Shown: positions 19,379 through 28,932 of the stretch, in pieces
How the letters are laid out: the number at the start of each line of letters is the position of its first letter
How positions within the stretch are numbered: position 1 is the first letter of the stretch
Origin: a virus
Lineage: Duplodnaviria; Caudoviricetes
DNA length: 64,000 bases
Reading direction: 5' to 3' (one strand)
Virus record (IMG/VR): IMGVR_UViG_3300003086_000115
The notes under the pieces: generated by a model
Told to the model about the DNA's origin: nothing
Seen by the model: only the letters and a program-made list of their open reading frames with translations
The model's database searches: none
Program-made: the position numbers and the translations under genes

Positions 19379-19952
19379 TGCTGATATTGATATTGACTTT
19401 CCAGATAGAGAAGCAATACTTAAATTAATAAAACATACGCCAGCAAGGCAAGAGTCTAATGTAGAATCTAAACAGCATAATAGTGGTGTTTACGTCACGG
19501 ATATACCGTATGATCCTGTGCATAAATGTGCAAATATAGACTATAAAGAAGCAGAAAACCGTAGTTACTTTAAGATAGACTTCTTAAATGTATCGGTGTA
19601 TACTTACATTAGAGATCAAGCGCATTATAATAAGTTGCTAGAAAAAGAACCAAATTGGAGCAAGTTGCAAAGTAAAGAGTTTTGCGAGCAACTAATACAC
19701 ATTAGCGATCATTACAGCTTGGTACAGAAAATGAAGCCAGATAGTATTACTAGGATGGCTATGTTCTTAGCTATTATAAGACCAGCTAAACGATATTTAA
19801 TAGGCAAAGACTGGAAAGATATTGCTAAGGAAGTTTGGATCAAGCCTAACGATGATTCTTATTACTTTAAACAAGCACACGCTATCTCGTACTCAACATT
19901 AGTAGCGTTACACATGAATATTATTGATCAGGATTTCTTACAAGAGTTATAG
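19368..19952 (+). CDS. Miniature DNA polymerase III alpha (DnaE)-like protein
   Basis: ADIDIDF (PDxDxD), HNSGVY, FKIDFLN, IIRP, FKQAHAISY. Confidence 0.75.
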   Translation: MRIDADIDIDFPDREAILKLIKHTPARQESNVESKQHNSGVYVTDIPYDPVHKCANIDYKEAENRSYFKIDFLNVSVYTYIRDQAHYNKLLEKEPNWSKLQSKEFCEQLIHISDHYSLVQKMKPDSITRMAMFLAIIRPAKRYLIGKDWKDIAKEVWIKPNDDSYYFKQAHAISYSTLVALHMNIIDQDFLQEL

Positions 19953-20301
19953 ATTTTCTTTTAGATCGTTTATGAGTGATGTTATCTAAGCTAGTGCATG
20001 GACCACTTAATAACTCTACAGTTTTGTTAGTAAACGTTAGTCTATAACTCTTAAATTGCGCGAACTCTTTCTTTAAGAATAAGTTTATAGGTACGCTTCT
20101 ATTTGCTTCCCACCACCATGTTTCCCCTAATTCTAAGAACAGTTGTTTCTTTTTTTGGTCTTGTATATCACCAAAGTTATACATAGTAGTAAAGAGCTTG
20201 TCCTGATTCATTACTATTCCTATATATTCAACCCCTGCATAACGAACTATTGACAAAAATGGATATTTTTCGGATACCTTTTGAAATAGTTCATTTTCCA
20301 T
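19921..20301 (-). CDS. Hypothetical phage protein
   Basis: Fills the gap between + genes; KYPFLS...YIGIV...GETWWWE; TATAAATA on - strand just upstream (~20332-20339). Confidence 0.65.
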   Translation of the reverse strand: MENELFQKVSEKYPFLSIVRYAGVEYIGIVMNQDKLFTTMYNFGDIQDQKKKQLFLELGETWWWEANRSVPINLFLKKEFAQFKSYRLTFTNKTVELLSGPCTSLDNITHKRSKRKSITLVRNPDQ

Positions 20302-20313
20302 ATAAATATACAC

Positions 20314-21132
20314 ATGTATTCAACTAAAGTCTATTTATACAACCAACACAAACGGGTCATTATAGTCGACCCGGATTTAGAATTAAACAGCATCTATCGA
20401 GCGAGGTATTCAGAAGTGTATTCTTATAACTTAAAAGCACATAAAGGAGTAGATACTACTTTACTATTCCAATTTCTTAACCAAGATCAAAAACCTATTA
20501 ATTTAGGTAGCACAGTATTTACTTTTAGGATATTATCCAGAGAAGGAGACGAGCTATTGTTAAGTAAAGATCTAACAATAACAAACGTAGAGAAGGGCAA
20601 AGCGAAAATAGTACTATCGGGAAGTGACTTAGATAACATTGAGAGTCAACGAGCACACTATAGTATAGAGCGTAGCTTTAATTCGTTATTTGATCCTACG
20701 TTTATGGACGATGATGCTAATGCTAGAGGCAATTTAGAGATATTAGATAGCGTGTATCCTAAATTTGTTGATAGTGTTAATGTAACAGTACCGGATTTAT
20801 TCAATTTTAGTAGACCACCAAGGTCTGATCCAATAGTTACTAGCCAAGTAGAAACCAAAGATCAGTTATTGCATACGTTCCAAGTAGATATAACTGACTT
20901 CGTAGGAGCATTACAACTACAAGGCTCAGTAGTAGGCGGTTCTAACCCGTTAGAATGGTATGATATTGTACCTGATGTAGGAAGTTCTGCAACAATTTTC
21001 AGCACGACAACGACTAGCAATAACTATTATAATATAACAGGAACACATCCTTTTTTAAGAATAAAAATAGAAGGAACACCAACAAGTATATCACCAATCG
21101 AGGGCACAATTGATAAAATACTATACAGATAA
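20314..21132 (+). CDS. Probable virion structural protein (beta-rich)
   Basis: Late promoter TATAAATA 20301-20308; FQFLNQDQKPINL, ends IDKILYR. Confidence 0.5.
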   Translation: MYSTKVYLYNQHKRVIIVDPDLELNSIYRARYSEVYSYNLKAHKGVDTTLLFQFLNQDQKPINLGSTVFTFRILSREGDELLLSKDLTITNVEKGKAKIVLSGSDLDNIESQRAHYSIERSFNSLFDPTFMDDDANARGNLEILDSVYPKFVDSVNVTVPDLFNFSRPPRSDPIVTSQVETKDQLLHTFQVDITDFVGALQLQGSVVGGSNPLEWYDIVPDVGSSATIFSTTTTSNNYYNITGTHPFLRIKIEGTPTSISPIEGTIDKILYR

Positions 21133-21138
21133 ACTTTA

Positions 21139-21849
21139 ATGTCAGCAAACAATAAATTTAGTGGCGCTAGCGTCATAGCTAAACAACATTTAAAACTAAT
21201 TGATGTTAAAGCAATAACAGAAGCACAACAATCATTCTTTGATAATTACGATAGCGGGAAATCGCAGTTGTTATTAGGCTTTCCGGGAACAGGTAAAACA
21301 TTCTTAAGTTTATACAAAGCATTCCATGAGATAATCAACGGTAAGACAGAAGTATCAAGGATTATTATTGTTAGAAGTGCAGTTCCAACACGCGACATAG
21401 GCTTCTTACCAGGCGATTTAAACGAAAAGTCACAGATATATGAACTTCCATACAAACGAATATGCTCTGAGCTGTTCGGACGCGACGATGCATACGAGAT
21501 ATTAGTAGCAAAAGGTGTAATACAGTTTATGATTACATCTTATGTACGCGGTATTACGTTAACTAATTGTATTGTAATAATGGATGAATTTCAAAACTGT
21601 ACAGCACACGAAGCAGACTCGGTATTAACTAGACTAGGCAGAGATTCCAGAGCAATGTTCTGTGGTGATTTTATGCAAACTGACTTTACTAAATTAAAAG
21701 ACATGGATATCGGTAAGTTTGTTGAAGTGTTAGAATCGATGGTCAACTGGTTTAGTATAAATGAATTTGGTGTAGAAGATATTGTACGATCCGGGCTAGT
21801 TAAAGCATACATCCAAGCTAAGTATTTAAAGCATCAAGACGGTTATTAG
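21139..21849 (+). CDS. phoH: PhoH-family ATPase
   Basis: GFPGTGKT, RSAVPTRDIGFLPG, RGIT, DEFQN, GDFMQTD, DIVRSGLV. Confidence 0.92.
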   Translation: MSANNKFSGASVIAKQHLKLIDVKAITEAQQSFFDNYDSGKSQLLLGFPGTGKTFLSLYKAFHEIINGKTEVSRIIIVRSAVPTRDIGFLPGDLNEKSQIYELPYKRICSELFGRDDAYEILVAKGVIQFMITSYVRGITLTNCIVIMDEFQNCTAHEADSVLTRLGRDSRAMFCGDFMQTDFTKLKDMDIGKFVEVLESMVNWFSINEFGVEDIVRSGLVKAYIQAKYLKHQDGY

Positions 21850-22124
21850 TGAAGAATGATACAAGTTTAAAATTTGATGAGGTTACTGAAGAGAATACGC
21901 AAGCATTTAAAGACAAATTTGCTACTGATGTCGAACATACTAGTGAATGTATAACTGAAACAGTAGAAGCTATGGGAGAGTTAATAGCAAAAGTATGTAA
22001 AAGTCAACAATCAGATTTACAGAGCGTATTAGCTTCGATAACTATAGAAACATTTGATGAACATCTTAGAGAAATATTAGCAGGGAAGAAATGCAATTGC
22101 AGGAAAACGAAACACCTGAATTAA
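21849..22124 (+). CDS. Hypothetical protein
   Basis: Coupled ORF. Confidence 0.5.
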   Translation: MKNDTSLKFDEVTEENTQAFKDKFATDVEHTSECITETVEAMGELIAKVCKSQQSDLQSVLASITIETFDEHLREILAGKKCNCRKTKHLN

Positions 22125-22819
22125 AGAATTTAGTATCGTTTGGTTGCAGTTGGGCGTTCGGTGATGAACTATTAGATCCAGACTTAGAAAAGAAAAATAT
22201 TCCTAGTCATTACACACAGAATGACGAATATCGATTAAGTCGTTGCTACACAGGAATACTTGCTAAACAGTATAACCTAACTCAAGAAAATCTAGCATTC
22301 CCTGGCTCAAGTTTACAGTCGATGCAGTGGAATCTTATGTGGTGGTTAGATAATCATAATGAAGAATACATTAAAGACTCTATTTTGCTAGTAGGACTAA
22401 CAGATGAAAGTAGGATTAGCTGGTATGACCCTAACCATGACGTTGGCAGAGATGACCCTGATTGGAATAGATACTTGCATGCACAATGGTTAGATTGTGC
22501 AGGACCTAACGTACCCGATGGATGGCATAAGCTACACAAGTACCATACAGCAATGTCTGCTTGTAACGAATTAGATAAATTACGCTATAAAACAACAGTT
22601 AGAATGTTTGATGGCGTATCAGCAAGTTACAATATACCTGTAGTGCAGTTTAATTTACTAGCTAGAACATTTATAAAATGTAATACCTTGCATAACTTGC
22701 AGATTCGTGATGTACTTAATGAAGAGAACCAGTATTTTCCAGTTTTTAAACCAGGCGGACACCCAAATGAACTCGGACATGTAATAATTGCAGAAACACT
22801 TGATGAGTATTTAGAATGA
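22091..22819 (+). CDS. SGNH/GDSL-like hydrolase or acyltransferase
   Basis: FGCSWAFG block I, NLAFPGSS block II, GHPNELGH block V. Confidence 0.7.
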   Translation: MQLQENETPELKNLVSFGCSWAFGDELLDPDLEKKNIPSHYTQNDEYRLSRCYTGILAKQYNLTQENLAFPGSSLQSMQWNLMWWLDNHNEEYIKDSILLVGLTDESRISWYDPNHDVGRDDPDWNRYLHAQWLDCAGPNVPDGWHKLHKYHTAMSACNELDKLRYKTTVRMFDGVSASYNIPVVQFNLLARTFIKCNTLHNLQIRDVLNEENQYFPVFKPGGHPNELGHVIIAETLDEYLE

Positions 22820-22827
22820 AGTATAAT
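22800..22827 (+). promoter_or_regulatory. Possible sigma70 promoter for the non-coding element
   Basis: TTGATG-16nt-TATAAT. Confidence 0.45.
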
Positions 22828-22828
22828 A

Positions 22829-23190
22829 GTTGATATGCAGTTAGTTGTTACCGACTAATGTTAGGTGTTGGTTGTCGCTTACATGCATGATATCAACCCT
22901 AAAGTGACGGTCCTTTATTACTTTAGAGTTATTCGGTAATACTGAAACGTATTATGTTAACGGATAGCGATACGTAGCTTTGCGTATTTCCAAAATTAAA
23001 GTAGTGTCTAAGACTTCTAGTCTAATTGACTATGCTTAGAAAAGGTGGCGAGGTATTCCGTAACATAACGCCATGCACAAAAGTATTATGTTAGCGCAGG
23101 GTTTTTTAGTAATAGTTTTGTTTATACCCTCATAACTTGCTAGTCCGACAGGTGTGCGATTCGGACTTTTCATTCTAACCTAGCATTATT
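22829..23190 (+). ncRNA. Candidate large structured non-coding RNA / leader upstream of primase
   Basis: ORF-free ~390 nt with at least 8 helices, many with G-U pairs on the + strand. Confidence 0.55.
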
Positions 23191-23209
23191 TTTACTATAT
23201 AATAATATA

Positions 23210-24178
23210 ATGCTAGATATCGTATCCTACTTACCCCCAAAAAGAAAAAAAACAAGCAGTGGCTGGATAAGTTTCAATGCGATTTGCTGTACATACAACG
23301 GCGAGTCACGAGATAAACGCGGTCGCGGTGGGGTAATGCTAGATAGCACAACTGATTGGCATTATCATTGTTTTAATTGCGGATACAAAGCAGGTTTTAC
23401 ATTAGGTCGTCCTGTGACACTCAAAGCAAGATGCTTGTTAGGTTGGTTGGGTGTAAGTAGTATTGATATAGACTGGCTTAATTTAGAAAGTTTAAGACAC
23501 AAGAGCATTACAGATATATTAGATGACAGAACTGTCCAGCGTAAGAAGATAGAGTTTAAGGAAATAGCATTACCTGAAGAGGCACGCGCAATAACACAGC
23601 ATGATAAAAAGTTTGTTAGTTATTTAAAAGGAAGAGGATTAAAGTACGACGAGTACCCGTTTATGATTACTCCTAGAGGCAAAGCACGTTACAAGAATAG
23701 GATAATCATACCATACACAAACGATAATAAGATAGTAGGATATACATCGCGTTTCTTAGATGACAGATTACCTAAGTACTTAAACGAGCAACAACCTGGT
23801 TACGTGTTTGGATTAGATTTGCAGAAAGAGAATTGGCAGTATGCTATAGTTACAGAAGGAATACTTGATGCGATAAGTATCAATGGATTAGCAGTCCTGC
23901 ATAATGAAATTAGCAACGATCAAGCACAGCAGTTAAAACAACTGTACAGAGAGATTATAGTCGTGCCAGATCAAGATAAAGCGGGACTAAAGCTAGTAGA
24001 AAAGGCTATTGAGCACGGGTTTAATGTAAGTATACCAAAGTGGGATGATAAGGTTAAAGATGTAAACGATGCTGTACAGAAACATGGTAAAATAGCTACA
24101 ATGCTGTCTATAGTTAATAATAAACAAAGCGGATTTAAGGCAGAAGTACTAACGAAATTTAACAACAAGTTTAAGTGA
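23210..24178 (+). CDS. DNA primase (T4 gp61-like)
   Basis: Zn-binding CC...YHCFNCG, RIIIP, TOPRIM VTEGILDA, PDQD, KDVND. Confidence 0.9.
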   Translation: MLDIVSYLPPKRKKTSSGWISFNAICCTYNGESRDKRGRGGVMLDSTTDWHYHCFNCGYKAGFTLGRPVTLKARCLLGWLGVSSIDIDWLNLESLRHKSITDILDDRTVQRKKIEFKEIALPEEARAITQHDKKFVSYLKGRGLKYDEYPFMITPRGKARYKNRIIIPYTNDNKIVGYTSRFLDDRLPKYLNEQQPGYVFGLDLQKENWQYAIVTEGILDAISINGLAVLHNEISNDQAQQLKQLYREIIVVPDQDKAGLKLVEKAIEHGFNVSIPKWDDKVKDVNDAVQKHGKIATMLSIVNNKQSGFKAEVLTKFNNKFK

Positions 24179-24200
24179 ACGAATACGGTAAAAAGTTTAA

Positions 24201-25583
24201 GTGAAAGAATACGGTAAGGATATACAAAAGTTTTTCTTAGAGATGATGCTTGGCGATGCTGAGAGTTATATTCGGGTACAAAATATTTACAATGTTGAGA
24301 ACTTCCATGCTGATTTACAAGAAATTGCAGAGTTCATAAAGACACACTCAGATAACCACGGTACGTTACCGACCTATGAACAAGTTACAGCCACTACAGG
24401 TCTTAAAGTAGAACCTGTATCAGAATTAACTGCCGGGCATTATGATTGGTTTTTAACAGAGTTTGAAGGATTTACACGTAGACAAGAATTAGAACGTGCA
24501 ATACTACAAAGTGCAGATTTATTAGAGAAAGGTGAGTATGATCCTGTAGAAAAAATTATTAAAGATGCAGTACAGATTAGCCTAACTAAAGACATGGGCA
24601 CTGATTACTTTGCAGATCCTAGAGCTAGACTCTTAGCAATTAAAGAAAACAACGGACAAGTTAGTACAGGATGGCCGATGCTTGATAAGAAGTTGTACGG
24701 TGGGTTTAATAAAGGCGAGTTACAGATATTTGCAGGTGGATCTGGCTCCGGTAAGTCGTTGTTTATGCAGAATTTAATAGTTAATTGGGTAGAGCAAGGA
24801 CTTAATGGAGTGTTTATAACACTAGAATTAAGTGAGAATTTATGTAGTTGGCGTATAGATTCTATGATGACAGACACAGCAACTAAGCAAGTATTCAGAG
24901 ACTTAGATAACGTTGAGATGAAAGTTAAGATGCTAGGAAAGAAGTACGGTAAGCTACGTATTAAGTACATGCCAGCACAGAGTACAGTTAATGACATTAG
25001 ATCTTACGTTAAAGAACTAGAGATACAACATGGCATAAAGATGGACTGTATGTGTATTGATTATTTAGACTTATTAATGCCAGTTGGTACTAAGGTTAGT
25101 CCTGAGAATTTGTTTGTTAAAGACAAGTACGTATCAGAAGAGATAAGAAATCTAGCAAAAGAGCTAGACATTATTATGGTAACAGCATCGCAGTTAAACA
25201 GGTCAGCAGTAGAAGAAATAGAGTTTGATCATAGTCATATTTCGGGTGGTATTTCTAAAATTAATACAGCAGATAATGTATTCGGTATTTTTACAAGCAG
25301 AGCAATGCGTGAAAGAGGAAAGTATCAAATACAGTTAATGAAAACACGTTCTAGTTCGGGTGTAGGACAAAAAGTAGAACTAGAGTTTGACATGAATACT
25401 CTAAGAATTACAGACGAGGGTGCAGAACTTGAAGATACACCGACATCAAGTGAGATAATGTCAAAAATTAAAATAGGAGCTCCGAGTATACCTCCAGAGA
25501 ATACACCAAAAGTAAAAGCAAATACATCAAATACGCAAAGTGCTAAATTGCAGAGCATGTTGAATAGCATTAAATCTAAATAA
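24201..25583 (+). CDS. Replicative helicase (T4 gp41/DnaB-like)
   Basis: STGWPMLD, GGSGSGKS, ITLE, IDYLDL, TASQLNR, MKTR. Confidence 0.92.
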   Translation: MKEYGKDIQKFFLEMMLGDAESYIRVQNIYNVENFHADLQEIAEFIKTHSDNHGTLPTYEQVTATTGLKVEPVSELTAGHYDWFLTEFEGFTRRQELERAILQSADLLEKGEYDPVEKIIKDAVQISLTKDMGTDYFADPRARLLAIKENNGQVSTGWPMLDKKLYGGFNKGELQIFAGGSGSGKSLFMQNLIVNWVEQGLNGVFITLELSENLCSWRIDSMMTDTATKQVFRDLDNVEMKVKMLGKKYGKLRIKYMPAQSTVNDIRSYVKELEIQHGIKMDCMCIDYLDLLMPVGTKVSPENLFVKDKYVSEEIRNLAKELDIIMVTASQLNRSAVEEIEFDHSHISGGISKINTADNVFGIFTSRAMRERGKYQIQLMKTRSSSGVGQKVELEFDMNTLRITDEGAELEDTPTSSEIMSKIKIGAPSIPPENTPKVKANTSNTQSAKLQSMLNSIKSK

Positions 25584-25608
25584 ATACAGCAACTACTAGG
25601 GGTCATTA

Positions 25609-25866
25609 ATGCAAAAACGGACAAGAAGCATTCTTGAAGAACTTGAGAATTTTCATATTGAAAGTGATAAGAAACATATTATTAGGAGTCGTGCCGATAG
25701 CCTTATTGAAAGCGCAGGTAGATTGTTAGATTTAATTTCTGAAACTTATACTAATGAAGAAGCTGAGAACTTATCCCGTAAGTTATTGAATTCGATAAAA
25801 AGTGGTGATAATCGTAAGTTTCAACGTAGTCTAAGGAAAATAAATGAGGGTAAAGGAAGTAATTAA
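25609..25866 (+). CDS. Hypothetical protein (late cluster)
   Basis: TAAATA upstream; MQKRTRSILEEL. Confidence 0.55.
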   Translation: MQKRTRSILEELENFHIESDKKHIIRSRADSLIESAGRLLDLISETYTNEEAENLSRKLLNSIKSGDNRKFQRSLRKINEGKGSN

Positions 25867-26596
25867 CGAAGGTCTAATGGACCATGTCAGACGGTTTGTT
25901 GGCTCTATTAAAGGTAGTGGATTCTTAAATGCTTTTAAAGAAGCAAAGCAAGACAGCAAGATTCGTGATGCCGCAGAAGGATGGCTTAATACTTGGAAGT
26001 TCCGTTTGGCCGACATAATAAAAAGGAACAAAGGTCAAGTCCCATCACAACAAATAATACAAGCAGAGTTATCACAGTTTATACACGGTGATATGCAAGT
26101 GCCGCAGAGTAGATACTCACAAAAAGGAATACAAGAATTAGTAGATTATAGTACTAGTGGACAAATAGGTACCAATAAGTCATTGAACTATATGACAGCA
26201 TTGTTTACATTAAGCTTAGTACCGGTAGAAGAGCTCGAACCAACACCTACAGTAAGTGCAGAGATGCCAGCAGTACAAGCAGTAGTACCGTTTGGAGAAG
26301 AAGTACCAACAAGCGAGAAGCGTCCTGGTAATATTGTACCTGTTAAAGCTGTAAAAGCAGACGGTGCAATATTTGTTAAGTTTGACGGAGCATGGTTCTA
26401 CGATATGGATGGATCCGGCATTAAGTTTAAGTTAAGTCCGACCCCAATAGAAAATCCAGTCGGATTAGAAATGGAAGATGCAACGGAAATGCCTGTTAGG
26501 ATTGGACCGTCGGGTACTAGAACGCTAAGACGATTAAATCCAACACAAGCACAGCAATGGCTAGGTGGGCGCATGCAACAAGCAAGAGGAGAATAA
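25844..26596 (+). CDS. Probable internal head protein
   Basis: N-terminus MRVKEVINE resembles a cleavable capsid-targeting leader. Confidence 0.45.
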   Translation: MRVKEVINEGLMDHVRRFVGSIKGSGFLNAFKEAKQDSKIRDAAEGWLNTWKFRLADIIKRNKGQVPSQQIIQAELSQFIHGDMQVPQSRYSQKGIQELVDYSTSGQIGTNKSLNYMTALFTLSLVPVEELEPTPTVSAEMPAVQAVVPFGEEVPTSEKRPGNIVPVKAVKADGAIFVKFDGAWFYDMDGSGIKFKLSPTPIENPVGLEMEDATEMPVRIGPSGTRTLRRLNPTQAQQWLGGRMQQARGE

Positions 26597-26597
26597 G

Positions 26598-26750
26598 ATG
26601 GAAGAAGAGAACATTAATGAAACTGAGAGCGAAGTTTATTTTTTAGCACGGTTAAGAGATAAAATAATCTCTACAGGTAGTGAAGTAATATTTGAAACAG
26701 ATGATGATGCTGAAGAAGAGCCTGTTTACTTAAAGATGCATGATGAGTAA
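26598..26750 (+). CDS. Small acidic hypothetical protein
   Basis: SD GAGGAG before ATG 26598. Confidence 0.45.
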   Translation: MEEENINETESEVYFLARLRDKIISTGSEVIFETDDDAEEEPVYLKMHDE

Positions 26751-27309
26751 TTTCTCTTTCCTACAAGACCTAACTGAAGCAAGAGTATTCAGACGTTTAT
26801 CTGAAGTTAAGAATATGGATGTTGATCAAGTAGCGTTAATAATGCTGAACTACTTTTATGCGCTTATGATATTGTGGCATGAAGACCAAAAGACAGCAAT
26901 AAAATATGCTAAGTCCATAATGGTATATCCTACGTTTAAAGAGTTTAAAGTATCGCAACCAGACTTATATAATGCAATGGTTATGCTAATGCAACAAGAG
27001 AAGTACTTCGGTAAGCAGTCTAGTTTCTCATTACCTGAGTTACGTATAAGAAGAATATTGCGAGATATGGCTAACGGTAGAGTAGATGAACGTGATTTCT
27101 ATCAGCTAATGCTAATATTAATGCGGGAGACTAAAGGTACTAACGATATGCATCAGAAGTTAAGAAGACAAATGCATGACTACGATAGAGCAAGCGTATT
27201 TGATAGAATACGTAATATTAGACATCTACTGTTGGCAATACGTAAAGGTGTTAGTATATATCCTGATCTACATGCCCCACTCCAGAAAGCTTTGAACAGA
27301 CTGACATAA
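26740..27309 (+). CDS. Hypothetical protein (probable head-associated)
   Basis: FSFLQDLTEAR N-terminus. Confidence 0.5.
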   Translation: MMSNFSFLQDLTEARVFRRLSEVKNMDVDQVALIMLNYFYALMILWHEDQKTAIKYAKSIMVYPTFKEFKVSQPDLYNAMVMLMQQEKYFGKQSSFSLPELRIRRILRDMANGRVDERDFYQLMLILMRETKGTNDMHQKLRRQMHDYDRASVFDRIRNIRHLLLAIRKGVSIYPDLHAPLQKALNRLT

Positions 27310-27366
27310 ATAAGTGTAAGATACAACGGTTGTTGTCTCTACAAACAAAGAATAAAGGAGTCTATT

Positions 27367-27645
27367 ATGGCATCAGTAACTAAAGTACATGGTAATCATG
27401 GCGCATTTGAAGCAGTCGGTCGTGACATTGCTATTTCAACATTTTCTAAATCTAACATGACACAAGCAGAATTAAATGATGTTTGTGATTTTGTCATGAC
27501 AACTAACACTATTACAGCAGTTGGTACATTTGAAGCAGGCGTAACTGACGTAGTTACGGTTATTACTGAAGGTCCGGCAATTGCGGCAGGTTCTAACTTC
27601 GGTGGCGTAACAGGTGTTACATCAGCGGCATTAGCTAACTACTAA
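27367..27645 (+). CDS. Small, probably abundant virion protein (decoration-like)
   Basis: Own TAAATA, strong SD AAAGGAG, G/A/T/V-rich, own terminator. Confidence 0.5.
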   Translation: MASVTKVHGNHGAFEAVGRDIAISTFSKSNMTQAELNDVCDFVMTTNTITAVGTFEAGVTDVVTVITEGPAIAAGSNFGGVTGVTSAALANY

Positions 27646-27676
27646 GAGTTAATCTTACGTAGTGCTTTAAGCACGT

Positions 27677-27709
27677 AAAAAAGCCTGGTTTTTTAGCCAG
27701 GCTTTTTTT
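27677..27709 (+). terminator. Intrinsic terminator (bidirectional)
   Basis: AAAAAAGCCTGG-loop-CCAGGCTTTTTTT. Confidence 0.85.
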
Positions 27710-27726
27710 ATGACGTAAATAGCGAC

Positions 27727-27957
27727 ATGGATAATTTAAAAGACGTTAAAACAATTTACGAAAGCCCAGATGGCGGCAAGACTGTTTATGCTAGGCAAAT
27801 AGGTTCTAAGGAACGTAGATTAATTGTAACAGACGACACAGAGAATTGGCGTTACTATCTTAGATACAAGGATTGGGATACCTTAGCAATAGAAAACCCG
27901 GCTATAAGAGAAACATTAGAACAACTTAAAATCTTAGAAACCCTTTGCAACACGTAA
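27727..27957 (+). CDS. Hypothetical phage protein
   Basis: IYESPDGGKTVYAR; TAAATA 5 nt before ATG. Confidence 0.6.
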   Translation: MDNLKDVKTIYESPDGGKTVYARQIGSKERRLIVTDDTENWRYYLRYKDWDTLAIENPAIRETLEQLKILETLCNT

Positions 27958-28409
27958 CAGTATATTCTCTATTTGATATTACTGAGACTGCTGTAGTTAG
28001 AAGTTTTAGGATTGATCAACTACCACTTGTTACTAAAACAGGTATAGAGATTACTAACGAACAAGAGTGGAGATTTCGCCGCAGACAGCAAAGTAACTAT
28101 GAGGTATTATTACAAGTACTGTCGTTAAGGATACAACCGTTGATGTTAGGAGGTCCTAAAATAAAGACTAACCAATTGCTTTCTAAATATAAATTTGATA
28201 AGAAATACAAAGGTAAGCATACAGTTTGGACATTAGAGTTTGAGTTTGAATCAGTAGGTGCATTAGCAATTGCGGATGATACTGTAGGTGCGTTATATCA
28301 GGATTGTAATAATGTTCCTATGTTACAAGATTTAACCGAAACAGTACAGGTTAACGGACACTTTAATTGTAAAGAGCGTAACATATACTTTGAATCAGGT
28401 AATAAATAA
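27945..28409 (+). CDS. Hypothetical phage protein
   Basis: LFDITET...RRQQSNYE...VPM; coupled. Confidence 0.55.
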   Translation: MQHVTVYSLFDITETAVVRSFRIDQLPLVTKTGIEITNEQEWRFRRRQQSNYEVLLQVLSLRIQPLMLGGPKIKTNQLLSKYKFDKKYKGKHTVWTLEFEFESVGALAIADDTVGALYQDCNNVPMLQDLTETVQVNGHFNCKERNIYFESGNK

Positions 28410-28932
28410 CAGTATGAAAAAGACTTTCAGTAAGGTTAAACGCAAACTTAAAAAGCTAGTTAAAAAAGAGTTCACAGCTGATTCTAATGAATTGATTTCA
28501 AAGATAGGCGACACGTACATTGTTTATAATCAATATCAGATTATTCCAGATGATAATAAGTTTAACATTTACGAAAAGAATGGTAAGCTAAAACATCTAG
28601 TTACTACATATACATCAGCTAGTGCAATATCATGGTGCATAGCAGACAAGAAAGAAGAAATAGAGTTAGCAAACAACATAATAGCATGTGACAATAAAAT
28701 AGAATTCTTACTAGGTGATATTACACATACCAAACAAGTATTAAAGAATACTCCTTCATCTCATCGAGAAGGTGTGCTATTAGCAAGACTTCAAGAATAC
28801 AATCTTAAACACTACAAGTTAAAAGGCAAGTTACATAAATATATACAACGAGCTAAATACATCAAAAAATTAGGATTGGACAATGAATCTAAACGAACTA
28901 GCAGAAAAAAACACGTCATCGAAGTACGCTAA
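28390..28932 (+). CDS. Hypothetical protein
   Basis: Coupled ORF; start uncertain. Confidence 0.5.
   Translation: MNQVINNSMKKTFSKVKRKLKKLVKKEFTADSNELISKIGDTYIVYNQYQIIPDDNKFNIYEKNGKLKHLVTTYTSASAISWCIADKKEEIELANNIIACDNKIEFLLGDITHTKQVLKNTPSSHREGVLLARLQEYNLKHYKLKGKLHKYIQRAKYIKKLGLDNESKRTSRKKHVIEVR

Noticed and set aside
22829-23190. tmRNA, RNase P RNA or group I intron identity for the structured region
   Set aside because: No tRNA-like ends with CCA, no GAGGAAAGUCC/CR-V pair (GAAAAGTCC on the - strand is just one arm of a local hairpin), and no interrupted gene
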